Below, piece after piece: positions 1-9,790 of a stretch of DNA of 44,283 nt. This DNA comes from Acidovorax sp. GTDB lineage: Bacteria; Pseudomonadota; Gammaproteobacteria; Burkholderiales; Burkholderiaceae_C. The notes under the pieces are model-generated. The model was given only the letters and a program-made list of their open reading frames with translations, was not told the origin of the DNA and did no database searches. A program made the position numbers and the translations under genes. The stretch lies in the NCBI GenBank assembly GCA_046318695.1, contig JBKCTS010000276.1, positions 1 through 44,283 of the forward strand, written 5' to 3'. The stretch's first letter is position 1, and each line of letters opens with the position of its first letter.

Positions 1-1
1 C

Positions 2-316
2 AACGATTTGCCGGGCATGTTGCCTCTGGATGTCCGCGAAGAACGCCGCGCCCGCTTCATGGCCGTGGCCGAGCAAGTGTCAATCGCCAAGCTGCAACGC
101 CGCGTGGGTGCCACCATGCAAGTGCTGGTGGACCATGCGCCAGCCCTGGGCCGCAAGGGCGGGGTAGGCCGCACCTATGCCGACGCGCCCGAGATCGACG
201 GCACCGTGCAGCTCTTGCCGCCCGAAAAAATCAGCAAGACCATGAAGGTCGGCGAGTTCACGCGGGCCCGCATTGTGGGTGTGCGCGGGCATGATCTGCT
301 GGCACAGCCCATTTGA
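2..316 (+). CDS. rimO: Ribosomal protein S12 methylthiotransferase RimO, C-terminal part (truncated by window edge)
   Basis: [16 protein letters not shown]...[16 protein letters not shown]-domain signature of RimO; frame open to left edge. Confidence 0.9.
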   Translation, partial: NDLPGMLPLDVREERRARFMAVAEQVSIAKLQRRVGATMQVLVDHAPALGRKGGVGRTYADAPEIDGTVQLLPPEKISKTMKVGEFTRARIVGVRGHDLLAQPI

Positions 317-375
317 TTGCTATCATAATAATAGCTACAGGTGCTTTTCCAGCAAGCGCAAGCAACCAAAATCAT
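317..375 (+). repeat. Dispersed GCTAT-N7-ATAGC element, copy A
   Basis: GCTATcataataATAGC (319-335), 20 nt, GCGC, 6 nt, CCAAAATCAT; starts right after rimO stop. Confidence 0.8.
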
Positions 376-399
376 AAAAAAGGCTTCCCGAGGGAAGCC
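376..399 (-). terminator. Intrinsic terminator downstream of efp (possibly bidirectional)
   Basis: GGCTTCC-cgag-GGAAGCC stem with A6 on the left (U-tract on minus strand) and ATTTT on the right. Confidence 0.7.
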
Positions 400-445
400 A
401 TTTTATCGAGCATGCTCCCGGCGGGGAGCGTTGCGCTTGGGTGAA

Positions 446-1000
446 TTACACGCGCTTGCGGTATTCGCCGGTGCGGGTGTCGATTTCGATCTTGTCGCCC
501 TGGCTCACGAACAGGGGGACGGGCACTTCAAAACCGGTGGCGATTTTGGCGGGTTTCATGACCTTGCCGGACGTGTCGCCCTTGACAGCGGGTTCCGTCC
601 AGGTGATTTCGCGCTCGACGCTGGTGGGCAGTTCGACCGAGATGGCCTTGCCGTCGTAGAACACCACTTCAACGGCCATGCCGTCTTCCAGGTAGTTCAG
701 CGAGTCGCCCATGTTCTCGGCTTCCACTTCGTACTGGTTGTACTCGGTGTCCATGCACACGTACATGGGGTCGGCAAAGTAGGAGTAGGTGCACTCCTTC
801 TTATCCAGGATCACGTTGTCGATCTTGTCGTCGGCCTTGAACACGACTTCGGTGCCGAAGTTGCCGATCAGGCTCTTGAGCTTCATGCGCACGGTGGCTG
901 CACCGCGGCCGCCACGGGCGTATTCGGTCTTGAGGACCACCATGGGGTCCTTGCCGTGCATGATGACGTTGCCGGCGCGGATTTCTTGAGCGATTTTCAT
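446..1000 (-). CDS. efp: Elongation factor P (Arg32 type)
   Basis: [11 protein letters not shown]...[11 protein letters not shown] with Arg at position 32; PAVKGDT and IDTRTGEY motifs; 184 aa. Confidence 0.97.
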   Translation of the reverse strand: MKIAQEIRAGNVIMHGKDPMVVLKTEYARGGRGAATVRMKLKSLIGNFGTEVVFKADDKIDNVILDKKECTYSYFADPMYVCMDTEYNQYEVEAENMGDSLNYLEDGMAVEVVFYDGKAISVELPTSVEREITWTEPAVKGDTSGKVMKPAKIATGFEVPVPLFVSQGDKIEIDTRTGEYRKRV

Positions 1001-1150
1001 AGCTGGTTGCTTGGGTTGGGGCCGCTCAACGCGCGGGCAGGAGGTCTTCTGGGGCTCAGAAGGCGCGCCGTGCCAATGCATGTTCTGCGGCAAAAGTGCG
1101 CAAGGCTGGGCACGGGTGTGCAGCGCCTGTTTTGCGCAAAGCCTCGGATT

Positions 1151-2299
1151 TTACCGTTTTTCGGCCACAAACCGCAGGATTTGCGTGCTGAGGTCGTCCT
1201 GCGTTAGCAGGCGTTGCCGTGCCGCGCGCGCGCACGCAGTCCACTCGGCCAGGGTGTCGTCATCGGGCCATTGCAGGCGCGCGCCGTCCAGCCCGTTCCA
1301 GGTGGCATGGAACCGCCGCAGCGATTGCGGGGCCTGCAGCCAGTCGAGAAAGGCCCAGAGTTTGTGGTGGTGGGCGTTGTCATGCTGCGGGTATATGTGC
1401 CACACAAAGGCCTGGCCCGCCCACAGGGCACGCACCAGAGAGTCCTCGCCCCGCACGGCGTTGAAGTCGCAGGCCCACAGCATCTCGTCAAACGCTGCGT
1501 GGGGCCGGTGGGGGAGGTAGGACAAGGACAGCAGCCCCCGCTGGTCTTGCCGCAACTGCTGCGTTGCGCTGGCTGTGGGTTCGCCCAGGGCTGCCCGAAC
1601 GGCGGCGGTGGGCCGGCCGGGAGTGACCAGCAACTGGGTGGGCTGCAGCGCACACTGCTGCAACAGGTCGATGAGTGCCGGGGGCTCGTAACAGAACAGC
1701 GACACCCAGCGCGTGCCCGGCGCTTCGTCGCCCGCCTGGAACAGGGCCCGGTGCTCTGCGCGCCAGACGCTGGGGTCAAACGCCTCGCGCTGCTCCATCA
1801 GGCGGGGCTCGCGCAGCAGGCCGCCGGTGCCCGAGGTGAAGCCGGGGTAGTAGAACCAGCGCGTCCACCCCGACGCCGGGCCCGACAGGATGGGTGAAGG
1901 CAGGCGGTGGGTGCGCGCTACGTAAGCCTCTGCTGACAGGTACTCCAGATTGATCCAGACAGGTTTGGAATGATTTTGGCCACGAGCGCCAGTCAATGCG
2001 ACGCAATATGCTATGAATTCAGGAGCAATATCGCAGCCGAATGCCTCCACCATCACATCGGTTGGCGCCTCGTTCGGCCCTGGCGGCGGCGTGCCCCAGG
2101 GCCTTACCTCTACCCCGGGGCAGCCCCCAGGGGCCATCCATTGCAGCGCCGATGTGTCGTCCACCCAGAGGCGCACGCGGTGTCCCAGGCCCGCCAATTG
2201 CGCCACCAGACGCCAGCACACGCCGATGTCGCCAAAGTTGTCGATCACGCGGCAGAACACATCCCATTGCAGGGCAGGAAGGGGGCGGTGCATGGTCAT
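1151..2299 (-). CDS. earP: EF-P arginine rhamnosyltransferase EarP
   Basis: WDVFCRVIDNFGDIGVCWRL, WINLEYLSAE, NAVRGEDSLVRA motifs; adjacent to Arg32 efp; start (2299 or 2293) uncertain. Confidence 0.95.
   Translation of the reverse strand: MTMHRPLPALQWDVFCRVIDNFGDIGVCWRLVAQLAGLGHRVRLWVDDTSALQWMAPGGCPGVEVRPWGTPPPGPNEAPTDVMVEAFGCDIAPEFIAYCVALTGARGQNHSKPVWINLEYLSAEAYVARTHRLPSPILSGPASGWTRWFYYPGFTSGTGGLLREPRLMEQREAFDPSVWRAEHRALFQAGDEAPGTRWVSLFCYEPPALIDLLQQCALQPTQLLVTPGRPTAAVRAALGEPTASATQQLRQDQRGLLSLSYLPHRPHAAFDEMLWACDFNAVRGEDSLVRALWAGQAFVWHIYPQHDNAHHHKLWAFLDWLQAPQSLRRFHATWNGLDGARLQWPDDDTLAEWTACARAARQRLLTQDDLSTQILRFVAEKR
1970..2028 (-). repeat. Dispersed GCTAT-N7-ATAGC element, copy B, inside earP coding sequence
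   Basis: Minus strand GCTCCtgaattcATAGC, 20 nt, GCGC, 6 nt, CCAAAATCAT, same spacing as copy A. Confidence 0.75.
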
Positions 2300-2531
2300 G
2301 GGGCGGGTGCGGGTGGTTGCGAGCGCAGGGGGGCACCAGCCGCCGCGCCACGCCCAAGAGCGATTTTTGCGAGCGCGCGCACAGCACGAGCCCTGCACCC
2401 GTTGCCCGCCGATTTTGACGCCATCTGCGAAAGAGCGCCTCCCCGCTGAGTGCGGGCACGCCAGCATGCCCCATCACGACAGCAGCCAAGGCCACGGCCC
2501 CCACCAGCGCAGCCCGCAGGGCGTTATGCAC

Positions 2532-2631
2532 AGCGCTGTCACCCCATAGGTTAGGATGCAAAAACAACCCAAGGCCCGAGTCCGTGCGGTGTGCGGCAAG
2601 ATTACAAGCGGTCAACTGTCGTTTTTAGGTT
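2532..2631. repeat. Decayed, left-truncated copy of the MITE-like element at 6640-6765
   Basis: agcgctgtcacc...tgcaaaaacaa..caaggcccgagtccgtgcgg...tacaagcggt.aactg.cgtttttaggtt aligns colinearly with 6667-6766. Confidence 0.85.
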
Positions 2632-2700
2632 CAATAAGCGCCAGCGGCTGTTGATTTGATGGTGCATCAGCCCGGCCGCGCGCAGGGCCACAATAAGCGC

Positions 2701-4770
2701 ATGTCTGATGTGCATTCCGAAGAGCTCCTGGCGCAGGTGGCTGCGCTGCCGCCACTGCCGGGGGTGTACCGCTATTTCGACGCCCAGGGCGCGCTGCTGT
2801 ATGTAGGCAAGGCACGCCATCTCAAGCGCCGCGTGTCCAGCTACTTCACCAAGAACCATGGCGGCACGCGCATCGGCCACATGGTCAGCAAGATTGTGCG
2901 GCTGGAGACCACGGTGGTGCGCTCCGAGGCCGAGGCGCTGCTGCTGGAAAACAACCTGATCAAGACGCTGAACCCCAAGTTCAACATCTTGTTCAGGGAC
3001 GACAAGAGCTACCCCTATCTCAAGATCACCGGCACCGAGGGCGCTGCGGGCGATGCGCCGGGCCAGGCGTTTCCGCGCATGGACTACTACCGCGGCGCGG
3101 TGGACAGGAAGCACCGCTATTTCGGGCCGTACCCCAGCGCCTGGGCGGTCAAGGAGACCATCCAACTGCTGCAAAAGGTGTTTCGCCTGCGCACCTGTGA
3201 AGACACCGTGTTTGCCAACCGCACGCGGCCCTGCCTGCTCTATCAGATCAAGCGCTGCACCGGGCCGTGCGTGGACTTGATTTCGCGCCAAGCCTATGCC
3301 GCGGATGTGCACCAGGCAGAGGCTCTGTTGCGCGGCGAGACGCAGGAGGTGCTGCGTGCCATGGAGGCGCGCATGATGGCGTATTCCGACCGCCTGGAGT
3401 TCGAGCAGGCGGCCGACGTGCGCAACCAGATCCAGGCGCTGTCTCGGGTGCTGCACCAGCAGTCGATCGAGATTGCCGATGACAAGGATGTGGACGTGCT
3501 GGCCGTGCGGGTGCAGGGCGGCCGCGCCTGCGTGAACCTGGCCATGGTGCGTGGCGGTCGGCACCTGGGCGACCGGCCGTATTTTCCCGTGCATGTGGAG
3601 GATGCCGCTGCCATCTTCGAGGAAGAGCAAGATCCGGGCGAGCCAGCAGCCCCCGGCCGCGTCGCCGCAGCTTGCGGCGAGGATGATGCCGCTGACCCCG
3701 CCAGCACCTGCGGCGCTGCGGCGGGCAAAGCCCGGCCAAGCAAGTCCGTCGAGGCGCAGGTGCTTGAAGCCTTCATCGCCCAGCACTACATCGGCGTGCC
3801 GGTGCCCCCCGTGCTGGTCACAAGCGAGCCGGTTGACAGGGCTCTGCTGCAAGCGCTGGGCGAGCAGTGCGGGATTCGCGTGAACGCTGTGCACCAGCCG
3901 CGCGAGCAACGCCGCGCCTGGCTGGACATGGCCCAAAAAAATGCCGACCTGCAGCTGGCCCGGCTGTTGGCCGAGGAGGGCTCGCAGCAGGCGCGCACGC
4001 GCGCCCTGGCCGAGGCGCTGGACCTGCCGCCCGATGAGCTCGACCAGCTCACCATCGAGTGTTTTGACATCTCGCACACGGCGGGCGAATCGACGCAGGC
4101 CTCATGCGTGGTGTTCCACCACCACAAAATGCAAAGCAGCGAGTACCGCCGCTACAAGATCGATGGCATCACCGGAGGCGACGACTATGCCGCCATGCGC
4201 CAGGTGCTCACCCGCCGCTACAGCAAGGTGGCCGAGGCGGCCCGCGAGGCGGGCGGCATCGACTTTGCCGCCCATCCGGCCCCCTGGGGCGATGCGGCGG
4301 TCAGGCCCAAGGGCATGGCGCGGCTGCCCGACCTGGTGCTGATCGACGGTGGCAAGGGCCAGGTCAGCGTGGCGCGCGAAGTGTTCACCTCGCTGGGTCT
4401 GGACCTCACGCGCATCGTCGGCGTTGAAAAGGGAGAGGGCCGCAAGGTCGGGCTGGAAGAGCTTGTGTTTGCTGATGGCCGCGAGAAGGTCTACCTGGGC
4501 AAGGATTCGGCGGCGCTCATGCTGGTGGCGCAAATCCGCGACGAGGCCCACCGGTTCGCCATCACCGGCATGCGCGCGGCACGCGCCAAGGTGCGCGTGG
4601 GCGGAGGGCAACTGGAGGAGATACCTGGCGTGGGCCCCAAGAAGCGCGCGCGGCTTTTGCAGCGCTTTGGCGGCGTTCGTGGCGTGGCCTCGGCCAGCAT
4701 GGAGGACCTGGCCACGGTCGAGGGCATCTCGCGCGAACTGGCCGAAGAAATCTACAGGGCGTTGCGCTGA
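2701..4770 (+). CDS. uvrC: Excinuclease ABC subunit C
   Basis: GIY-YIG (PGVYRY...LYVGKA), [23 protein letters not shown]-terminal HhH. Confidence 0.97.
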   Translation: MSDVHSEELLAQVAALPPLPGVYRYFDAQGALLYVGKARHLKRRVSSYFTKNHGGTRIGHMVSKIVRLETTVVRSEAEALLLENNLIKTLNPKFNILFRDDKSYPYLKITGTEGAAGDAPGQAFPRMDYYRGAVDRKHRYFGPYPSAWAVKETIQLLQKVFRLRTCEDTVFANRTRPCLLYQIKRCTGPCVDLISRQAYAADVHQAEALLRGETQEVLRAMEARMMAYSDRLEFEQAADVRNQIQALSRVLHQQSIEIADDKDVDVLAVRVQGGRACVNLAMVRGGRHLGDRPYFPVHVEDAAAIFEEEQDPGEPAAPGRVAAACGEDDAADPASTCGAAAGKARPSKSVEAQVLEAFIAQHYIGVPVPPVLVTSEPVDRALLQALGEQCGIRVNAVHQPREQRRAWLDMAQKNADLQLARLLAEEGSQQARTRALAEALDLPPDELDQLTIECFDISHTAGESTQASCVVFHHHKMQSSEYRRYKIDGITGGDDYAAMRQVLTRRYSKVAEAAREAGGIDFAAHPAPWGDAAVRPKGMARLPDLVLIDGGKGQVSVAREVFTSLGLDLTRIVGVEKGEGRKVGLEELVFADGREKVYLGKDSAALMLVAQIRDEAHRFAITGMRAARAKVRVGGGQLEEIPGVGPKKRARLLQRFGGVRGVASASMEDLATVEGISRELAEEIYRALR

Positions 4771-4916
4771 ACGCGCATCTTGCGGCCACGGGCCGCGCAG
4801 TCGCTGGCGGGGTGGCGCGCCAGCGGGCAGCCGCCTGTCACGCCCGCTGCCCCAGTGGACTGACACCCCGCCGCTAACGCATTGGCCTGCACACCAGTCG
4901 TGACACAATCATCGCC

Positions 4917-5483
4917 ATGTTCTGGACGATCCCCACCCTGATGACCTGGACGCGCATCGTCGCGATTCCCTTGATCGTGGGGGTGTTCTACGCACCCGTC
5001 GACCCCGCCACGCGCAATCTCATTGCGACGGTGATGTTCGTGGTGTTTGCAGCCACCGACTGGCTGGACGGCTTCCTTGCGCGCAAGTTGAACCAGACCT
5101 CGTCGTTTGGCGCTTTCCTCGATCCGGTGGCAGACAAGTTCCTGGTGTGTGCGTCGCTGCTGGTGCTGGTGCATCTGCAGCGCGCGGACGTTTTCGTGGC
5201 GCTCATCATCATCGGCCGCGAGATAGCGATATCGGCCCTGCGCGAATGGATGGCGCAGATCGGCGCCAGCAAGAGCGTGGCTGTGCACATGATCGGCAAG
5301 GTCAAGACCACGGTGCAGATGGTGGCCATTCCCTTCCTGCTGTATGACGGCCGACTTTTTGGCGTGGTTGACACAGGCGTCTGGGGTACGTGGCTTATAT
5401 GGGTATCGGCCGTGCTGACGGTGTGGTCGATGGTGTATTACCTGCAAAAGGCGCTGCCTGAGATCCGCGCTCGGGTCAAGTAA
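4917..5483 (+). CDS. pgsA: CDP-diacylglycerol--glycerol-3-phosphate 3-phosphatidyltransferase
   Basis: TDWLDGFLARK...FGAFLDPVADK CDP-alcohol phosphotransferase motif; uvrC-pgsA synteny. Confidence 0.95.
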   Translation: MFWTIPTLMTWTRIVAIPLIVGVFYAPVDPATRNLIATVMFVVFAATDWLDGFLARKLNQTSSFGAFLDPVADKFLVCASLLVLVHLQRADVFVALIIIGREIAISALREWMAQIGASKSVAVHMIGKVKTTVQMVAIPFLLYDGRLFGVVDTGVWGTWLIWVSAVLTVWSMVYYLQKALPEIRARVK

Positions 5484-5486
5484 GAA

Positions 5487-5550
5487 TTTTGAGCCTTGTG
5501 GCTGCATGCGATGGTTTCATAAGTGCTTGAAGCTATCATTTCAGGAGCAA
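5487..5550 (-). repeat. Dispersed GCTAT-N7-ATAGC element, copy C
   Basis: Minus strand GCTCCtgaaatgATAGC, 20 nt, TCGC, 6 nt, CCACAA; fills nearly the whole intergenic gap. Confidence 0.7.
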
Positions 5551-5554
5551 TTTC

Positions 5555-6640
5555 ATGGCTAAGCACCGCATCGCCGTGGTGGCCGGCGACGGCATCGGCA
5601 AGGAGGTCATGCCCGAAGGGCTGCGCGCCATGGACGCCGCCGCCCGCCGCTTCGGCATCGACCTGCAATTCGACCATTTCGACTTTTCAAGCTGGGATTA
5701 CTACGCCAGGCACGGCAAGATGCTGCCCGACAACTGGAAGGATCAGATTGGCGGGCATGAGGCCATCTACTTCGGTGCGGTGGGCTGGCCCGAGAAGATC
5801 GCCGACCATGTCTCGCGGTGGGGCTCGCTCCTGTTGTTTCGCCGCGAGTGCGACCAATACGTCAATCTGCGCCCTGCGCGCCTGATGCCTGGCGTGATCG
5901 CGCCGGTGGTGCGCCGCGATGGCAGCCCGCGCATGCCCGGCGAGATCGACATGATGATCGTGCGCGAAAACACCGAAGGCGAGTACTCCAGCATCGGTGG
6001 CCGCATGTTTGAGGGCACCGCCCGCGAGATCGTGATGCAGGAAACGGTGATGTCCCGCCACGGCGTGGATCGCGTCCTGGAATTTGCGTTCGAGCTGGCC
6101 CGGTCGCGCCCCAAAAAGCACCTGACGAGCGCCACCAAGTCCAACGGTATCGCCATCACCATGCCGTACTGGGATGAGCGGGTGGCCGCGATGGCGCGCT
6201 CGTATCCCGATGTGAAGGTTGACAAGTTCCATATCGACATCCTCGCCGCGCACTTTGTGCAGCGCCCGGACTTTTTTGACGTGGTGGTCGCCAGCAACCT
6301 GTTCGGCGACATTCTGTCGGACCTGGGGCCCGCCTGCACCGGCACGATTGGCATTGCGCCCAGCGCCAACCTCAATCCATCGCGTGCCATGCCCTCACTG
6401 TTTGAGCCGGTGCACGGCTCGGCACCCGATATTGCGGGCAAGGGCATCGCCAACCCCATCGGCCAGATATGGTGCGGCGCGATGATGCTGGACTTTCTGG
6501 GGTACCGCGATGCCCACGATGCCGTGCTCGTGGCAATCGAAAAGGCCCTGGATCCACAAAGCGGCGCGCCGCGAACGCCGGATCTTGGCGGTAGTGCGTG
6601 CACTGAGGATTTAGGGCGTGCGATCGCCGGCGCGATTTAA
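5555..6640 (+). CDS. Tartrate dehydrogenase / D-malate dehydrogenase (decarboxylating)
   Basis: GDGIGKEV, RENTEGEY, TSATKSNG, SNLFGDILSDL, FEPVHGSAPDIAG. Confidence 0.9.
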   Translation: MAKHRIAVVAGDGIGKEVMPEGLRAMDAAARRFGIDLQFDHFDFSSWDYYARHGKMLPDNWKDQIGGHEAIYFGAVGWPEKIADHVSRWGSLLLFRRECDQYVNLRPARLMPGVIAPVVRRDGSPRMPGEIDMMIVRENTEGEYSSIGGRMFEGTAREIVMQETVMSRHGVDRVLEFAFELARSRPKKHLTSATKSNGIAITMPYWDERVAAMARSYPDVKVDKFHIDILAAHFVQRPDFFDVVVASNLFGDILSDLGPACTGTIGIAPSANLNPSRAMPSLFEPVHGSAPDIAGKGIANPIGQIWCGAMMLDFLGYRDAHDAVLVAIEKALDPQSGAPRTPDLGGSACTEDLGRAIAGAI

Positions 6641-6765
6641 CCTAAAAACGGCGCTGGCAAGTGCGTAGCGCTGTCACCTCAAAGGTGAGGCTGCAAAAAC
6701 AAAGCAAGGCCCGAGTCCGTGCGGCGTGCGCCAAGTTTACAAGCGGTTAACTGCCGTTTTTAGGT
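6640..6765. mobile_element. MITE-like element, 126 bp
   Basis: Perfect terminal inverted repeats (A)ACCTAAAAACGGC / GCCGTTTTTAGGT(T); TTA on both flanks (6637-6639, 6766-6768); no coding capacity; second copy at 2532-2631. Confidence 0.7.
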
Positions 6766-7072
6766 TTAATGGCTGCTAGGCCGCGCCGGTGATGTCAATA
6801 CGGAATGCTGCCCATACGGCGTGTATGCGACAAAACAGCCGTGCCCGCCCCGTCGCGCCTGGAAATGCGACTAGAATTCAGCCCGATTGCTGGCGCGAGA
6901 CAGCGTGTCGTATTGACACCCGGAACTCAATGGCTTTACCCTCAAGCAGCAGCCACGCTGTGTTCGCCAACCATTCCACGTTCAAATTTGTGCGGCCTCA
7001 ATGGCCGCGCTTTGCCGTGCAAATACCAGATTTCCCCGAGACAACCCCCAACTCTTTCCCGAGAGGCCCCTT

Positions 7073-7345
7073 GTGAACAAAACCGAATTGATCGAGCACA
7101 TCGCCACCAATGCCGACATCTCCAAGGCCGCTGCCGCGCGTGCTCTGGAATCCACGATCGAAGCAGTCAAGAAGACTTTGAAAAAGGGCGGTACCGTTTC
7201 GCTTGTCGGTTTCGGCACATTTGCCGTAGGCAAGCGCGCGGCACGCACGGGTCGCAATCCCCGCACCGGAGCCACGATTAAAATCAAAGCTGCTAAAGTT
7301 CCGAAGTTCCGTCCTGGCAAGGCACTCAAAGACGCCTTGAACTGA
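7073..7345 (+). CDS. hupB: DNA-binding protein HU
   Basis: GTG start, NKTELI...GFGTF...RTGRNPRTG...[14 protein letters not shown]; 90 aa. Confidence 0.95.
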   Translation: MNKTELIEHIATNADISKAAAARALESTIEAVKKTLKKGGTVSLVGFGTFAVGKRAARTGRNPRTGATIKIKAAKVPKFRPGKALKDALN

Positions 7346-7361
7346 CAATCAAGTTCAGGTG

Positions 7362-7437
7362 GGGTCCTTAGCTCAGTTGGTAGAGCGGCTCCTTTACACG
7401 GAGTAGGTCGGCGGTTCGAGACCGTCAGGACCCACCA
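7362..7437 (+). tRNA. tRNA-Val(TAC)
   Basis: Acceptor GGGTCCT/AGGACCC, D arm AGCTCAGTTGGTAGAGC, anticodon loop TT-TAC-AC, GGTTCGA, CCA end. Confidence 0.95.
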
Positions 7438-7446
7438 TCACCGGAC

Positions 7447-7478
7447 AAAGGCGAACACATGTTCGCCTTTTGTTTTTT
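7447..7478 (+). terminator. Intrinsic terminator after tRNA-Val
   Basis: AAAGGCGAAC-acat-GTTCGCCTTT followed by T-tract. Confidence 0.75.
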
Positions 7479-7497
7479 GTCCTCTGAAAGATCAACC

Positions 7498-9408
7498 ATG
7501 TTTGAAGCCATCCGCAAGCACTCCAAGATCGTCATGGTCTTATTGTTCTTGCTGATCATTCCTTCGTTTGTGCTGGTGGGCATCGATTCCAACTACTTCT
7601 CTGAAAAGAGCCCAGTAGTGGCCCGCGTCGATGGTGTCGATATCAAGCAGATCGAGTGGGACAACGCGCATCGCATCGAAAGCGACCGTCTGCGTGCCCA
7701 GTCGCCTACGGTGGACCCACAACTTCTGGACTCGCCCCAGGCCCGCTATGCCACGCTGGAGCGCTTGGTGCGTGACCGGGTTTTCGCCGCAGCCGTGAAA
7801 GACATGCACCTGGTAACCACGGACGCCCGGCTGGCCCGCAGCCTGCAGGAAATCCCTGCCATCGCCGGCCTGCGCCGCGCGGACGGCACGCTCGACGCAG
7901 AGGCGTACCGCACCCTGGTCGCAAGCCAGGGGCTGACCCCCGAGGGCTTCGAGGCTAACGTCCGCCAGGACATTTCGATCAGTCAGGTGATGGGGAGTGT
8001 CATCAGCACCACCTTCGGCACCAATGCCCAGGTCAGGGCGGCGTTGGGTCCCCTGTACGAACGCCGCGAGGTGCAGGTGGTGCGCTTGAAGGCCCAGGAC
8101 TTTGCGACCAAGGTGTCTCCATCTGATGACGATCTTGAGGCCTACTACAAGGCAAACCCTGCCCGGTTTCAGCAACAGGAGCAGGCGTCCATCGAGTATG
8201 TGGTGCTCGACCTGGACGCCGTGCGCGCTGGCCTGACGCTCAATGAGGACGACCTGCGCAGCTATTACAAGGACAACCTGGAACGACTTGCGGGCAAGGA
8301 AGAGCGGCGCGCCAGTCATATCCTGGTCAATGCATCCAAAGATGCCTCGGCTGCCGACCGCGAAAAAGCCAGGGCCCGCGCAGCGCAACTGCTGGAACAG
8401 GTTCGCAAAACGCCGTCGAGCTTCGCTGAGGTGGCCAAAAAATCGTCTGATGACACGGGTTCCGCACTTGCCGGCGGCGACCTGGGCTTCTTTGCAAGGG
8501 GTGCCATGGTCAAGCCCTTCGAGACGGCTGTCTTCGGCATGAAAAAGGGTGAAATCAGCGACGTGGTGGAGACCGATTTCGGCTATCACGTCATTCAGCT
8601 CACCGACATCAAGACCCCGCGTCAACCGACCTTCGAGGAGCTTCGTCCCACCCTGGAGACCGATCTCAAGAAGCAACAGGCACAACGCAAGTTTGCCGAG
8701 GTCGCAGAGGTTTTCTCCAACAGCGTGTACGAACAGTCAGACAGCCTCAAGCCCGTGGCCGACAAGCTCAAGCTCAAGGTTCAGACAGCCATGGGTGTGA
8801 CGCGCACGCCGGCCCCTGGCGCGCAGGGCGCCCTGGGCAACGCGAAATTCATCGAAGCGCTGTTTTCAGCCGACTCGCTGGAGAACAAGCGCAACACCGA
8901 AGCCGTCGAAGTAGGCCCCAGTCAACTGGTCGCCGGGCGGGTGGTGGCATACACACCTGCCAAGACCCTCCCCCTGGACGAAGTGCGGGCTCGCGTGCGG
9001 GGCCTCTACGTTGCGGAGAAATCCGCCGAGATGGCGCGCCAGGAAGGCACAGCGAAACTGGCTGCATGGAAGGCAGCCCCGGCAAGCGCCACGGGTTTAG
9101 GCGCAGTGCTCGAAGTCTCGCGCGAACAGACCCAGAACCTGCCCCGAACGATCATTGACGCCGCGCTGCGCAGCCCGACGGATGCGTTGCCAAACTGGGT
9201 CGGTGTTGACCTTGGTGGCGAGGGCTACGCAGTGGTCAAGGTCAACCGGGTCATCCCACGCCAGGCGCCCGACCCCCAGCGTGCGCTGCAGGAGCGCCAG
9301 CAGTACGTGCAATGGCTGACAGCAGCCGAGGGACTTGCCTACTACGAAGTGCTCAAACAACGCTTCAAGGCCCAGATCAAGGCACCCCGCCCTGCGGCAG
9401 TGGAATAG
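7498..9408 (+). CDS. ppiD: PpiD-like periplasmic chaperone / peptidyl-prolyl isomerase
   Basis: N-terminal TM, SurA-N domain, parvulin motifs ASHILV and GGDLGFFARGAMVKPFE; hupB synteny. Confidence 0.9.
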   Translation: MFEAIRKHSKIVMVLLFLLIIPSFVLVGIDSNYFSEKSPVVARVDGVDIKQIEWDNAHRIESDRLRAQSPTVDPQLLDSPQARYATLERLVRDRVFAAAVKDMHLVTTDARLARSLQEIPAIAGLRRADGTLDAEAYRTLVASQGLTPEGFEANVRQDISISQVMGSVISTTFGTNAQVRAALGPLYERREVQVVRLKAQDFATKVSPSDDDLEAYYKANPARFQQQEQASIEYVVLDLDAVRAGLTLNEDDLRSYYKDNLERLAGKEERRASHILVNASKDASAADREKARARAAQLLEQVRKTPSSFAEVAKKSSDDTGSALAGGDLGFFARGAMVKPFETAVFGMKKGEISDVVETDFGYHVIQLTDIKTPRQPTFEELRPTLETDLKKQQAQRKFAEVAEVFSNSVYEQSDSLKPVADKLKLKVQTAMGVTRTPAPGAQGALGNAKFIEALFSADSLENKRNTEAVEVGPSQLVAGRVVAYTPAKTLPLDEVRARVRGLYVAEKSAEMARQEGTAKLAAWKAAPASATGLGAVLEVSREQTQNLPRTIIDAALRSPTDALPNWVGVDLGGEGYAVVKVNRVIPRQAPDPQRALQERQQYVQWLTAAEGLAYYEVLKQRFKAQIKAPRPAAVE

Positions 9409-9473
9409 ACGTCCACAGAAAAGTGATAAGGCTTCTCCTGGCTTGAAAATCCCGGGCTATAATGCGGGGCTAC

Positions 9474-9550
9474 GGTGGCTGTAGCTCAGTTGGTAGAGTC
9501 CAGGATTGTGATTCCTGTTGGCGTGTGTTCGAGCCCCATCAGCCACCCCA
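9474..9550 (+). tRNA. tRNA-His(GTG)
   Basis: GGTGGCTG...CAGCCACC-CCA with G-1, anticodon loop TT-GTG-AT; one T-stem mismatch; TATAAT at 9458-9463 upstream. Confidence 0.9.
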
Positions 9551-9565
9551 GGTACATTAAAGAAA

Positions 9566-9600
9566 CCCTGCTATTAAAAAGATAGCGGGGATTTTTGTTT
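9566..9600 (+). terminator. Terminator after tRNA-His built on a GCTAT-N7-ATAGC core (copy G, core only)
   Basis: CCCTGCTAT-taaaaag-ATAGCGGGG followed by ATTTTTGTTT. Confidence 0.6.
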
Positions 9601-9790
9601 TCTGTGGCTTGAAGGCAATCTGTAGGCAAGTTGCCCAAATGCAGCCACCCAGCACCGGCAACAAGAAAGCCCCACAGCGAGGGCTGCTGGGTTCGTTGGC
9701 CCGGCGCTAGCGCACCGGCCTCTGCGGGCGGCCGAGTTCCTGGTGGCTGCGTTTACAGTCAGACCTTCAGGCAGCGGCAAGGAGTCACCC

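Noticed and set aside
341-1207. Long antisense ORFs (also 2602-4077, 7540-8685, 32308-33648, 36208-38061 and others)
   Set aside because: Shadow frames of recognisable high-GC genes; no motifs of their own.
446-2299. efp-earP pair as a novel system
   Set aside because: Well-established Arg32 rhamnosylation pathway.
9518-9530. T-stem mismatch in tRNA-His suggesting a pseudo-tRNA
   Set aside because: Isolated G/T transversions, like those in cysH and the dehydrogenase (SRWGS, RRECDQ), are more simply low-coverage base errors.
9474-9790. tRNA-His or tRNA-Val as an island integration site
   Set aside because: No integrase and no duplicated tRNA 3' end found in the window.
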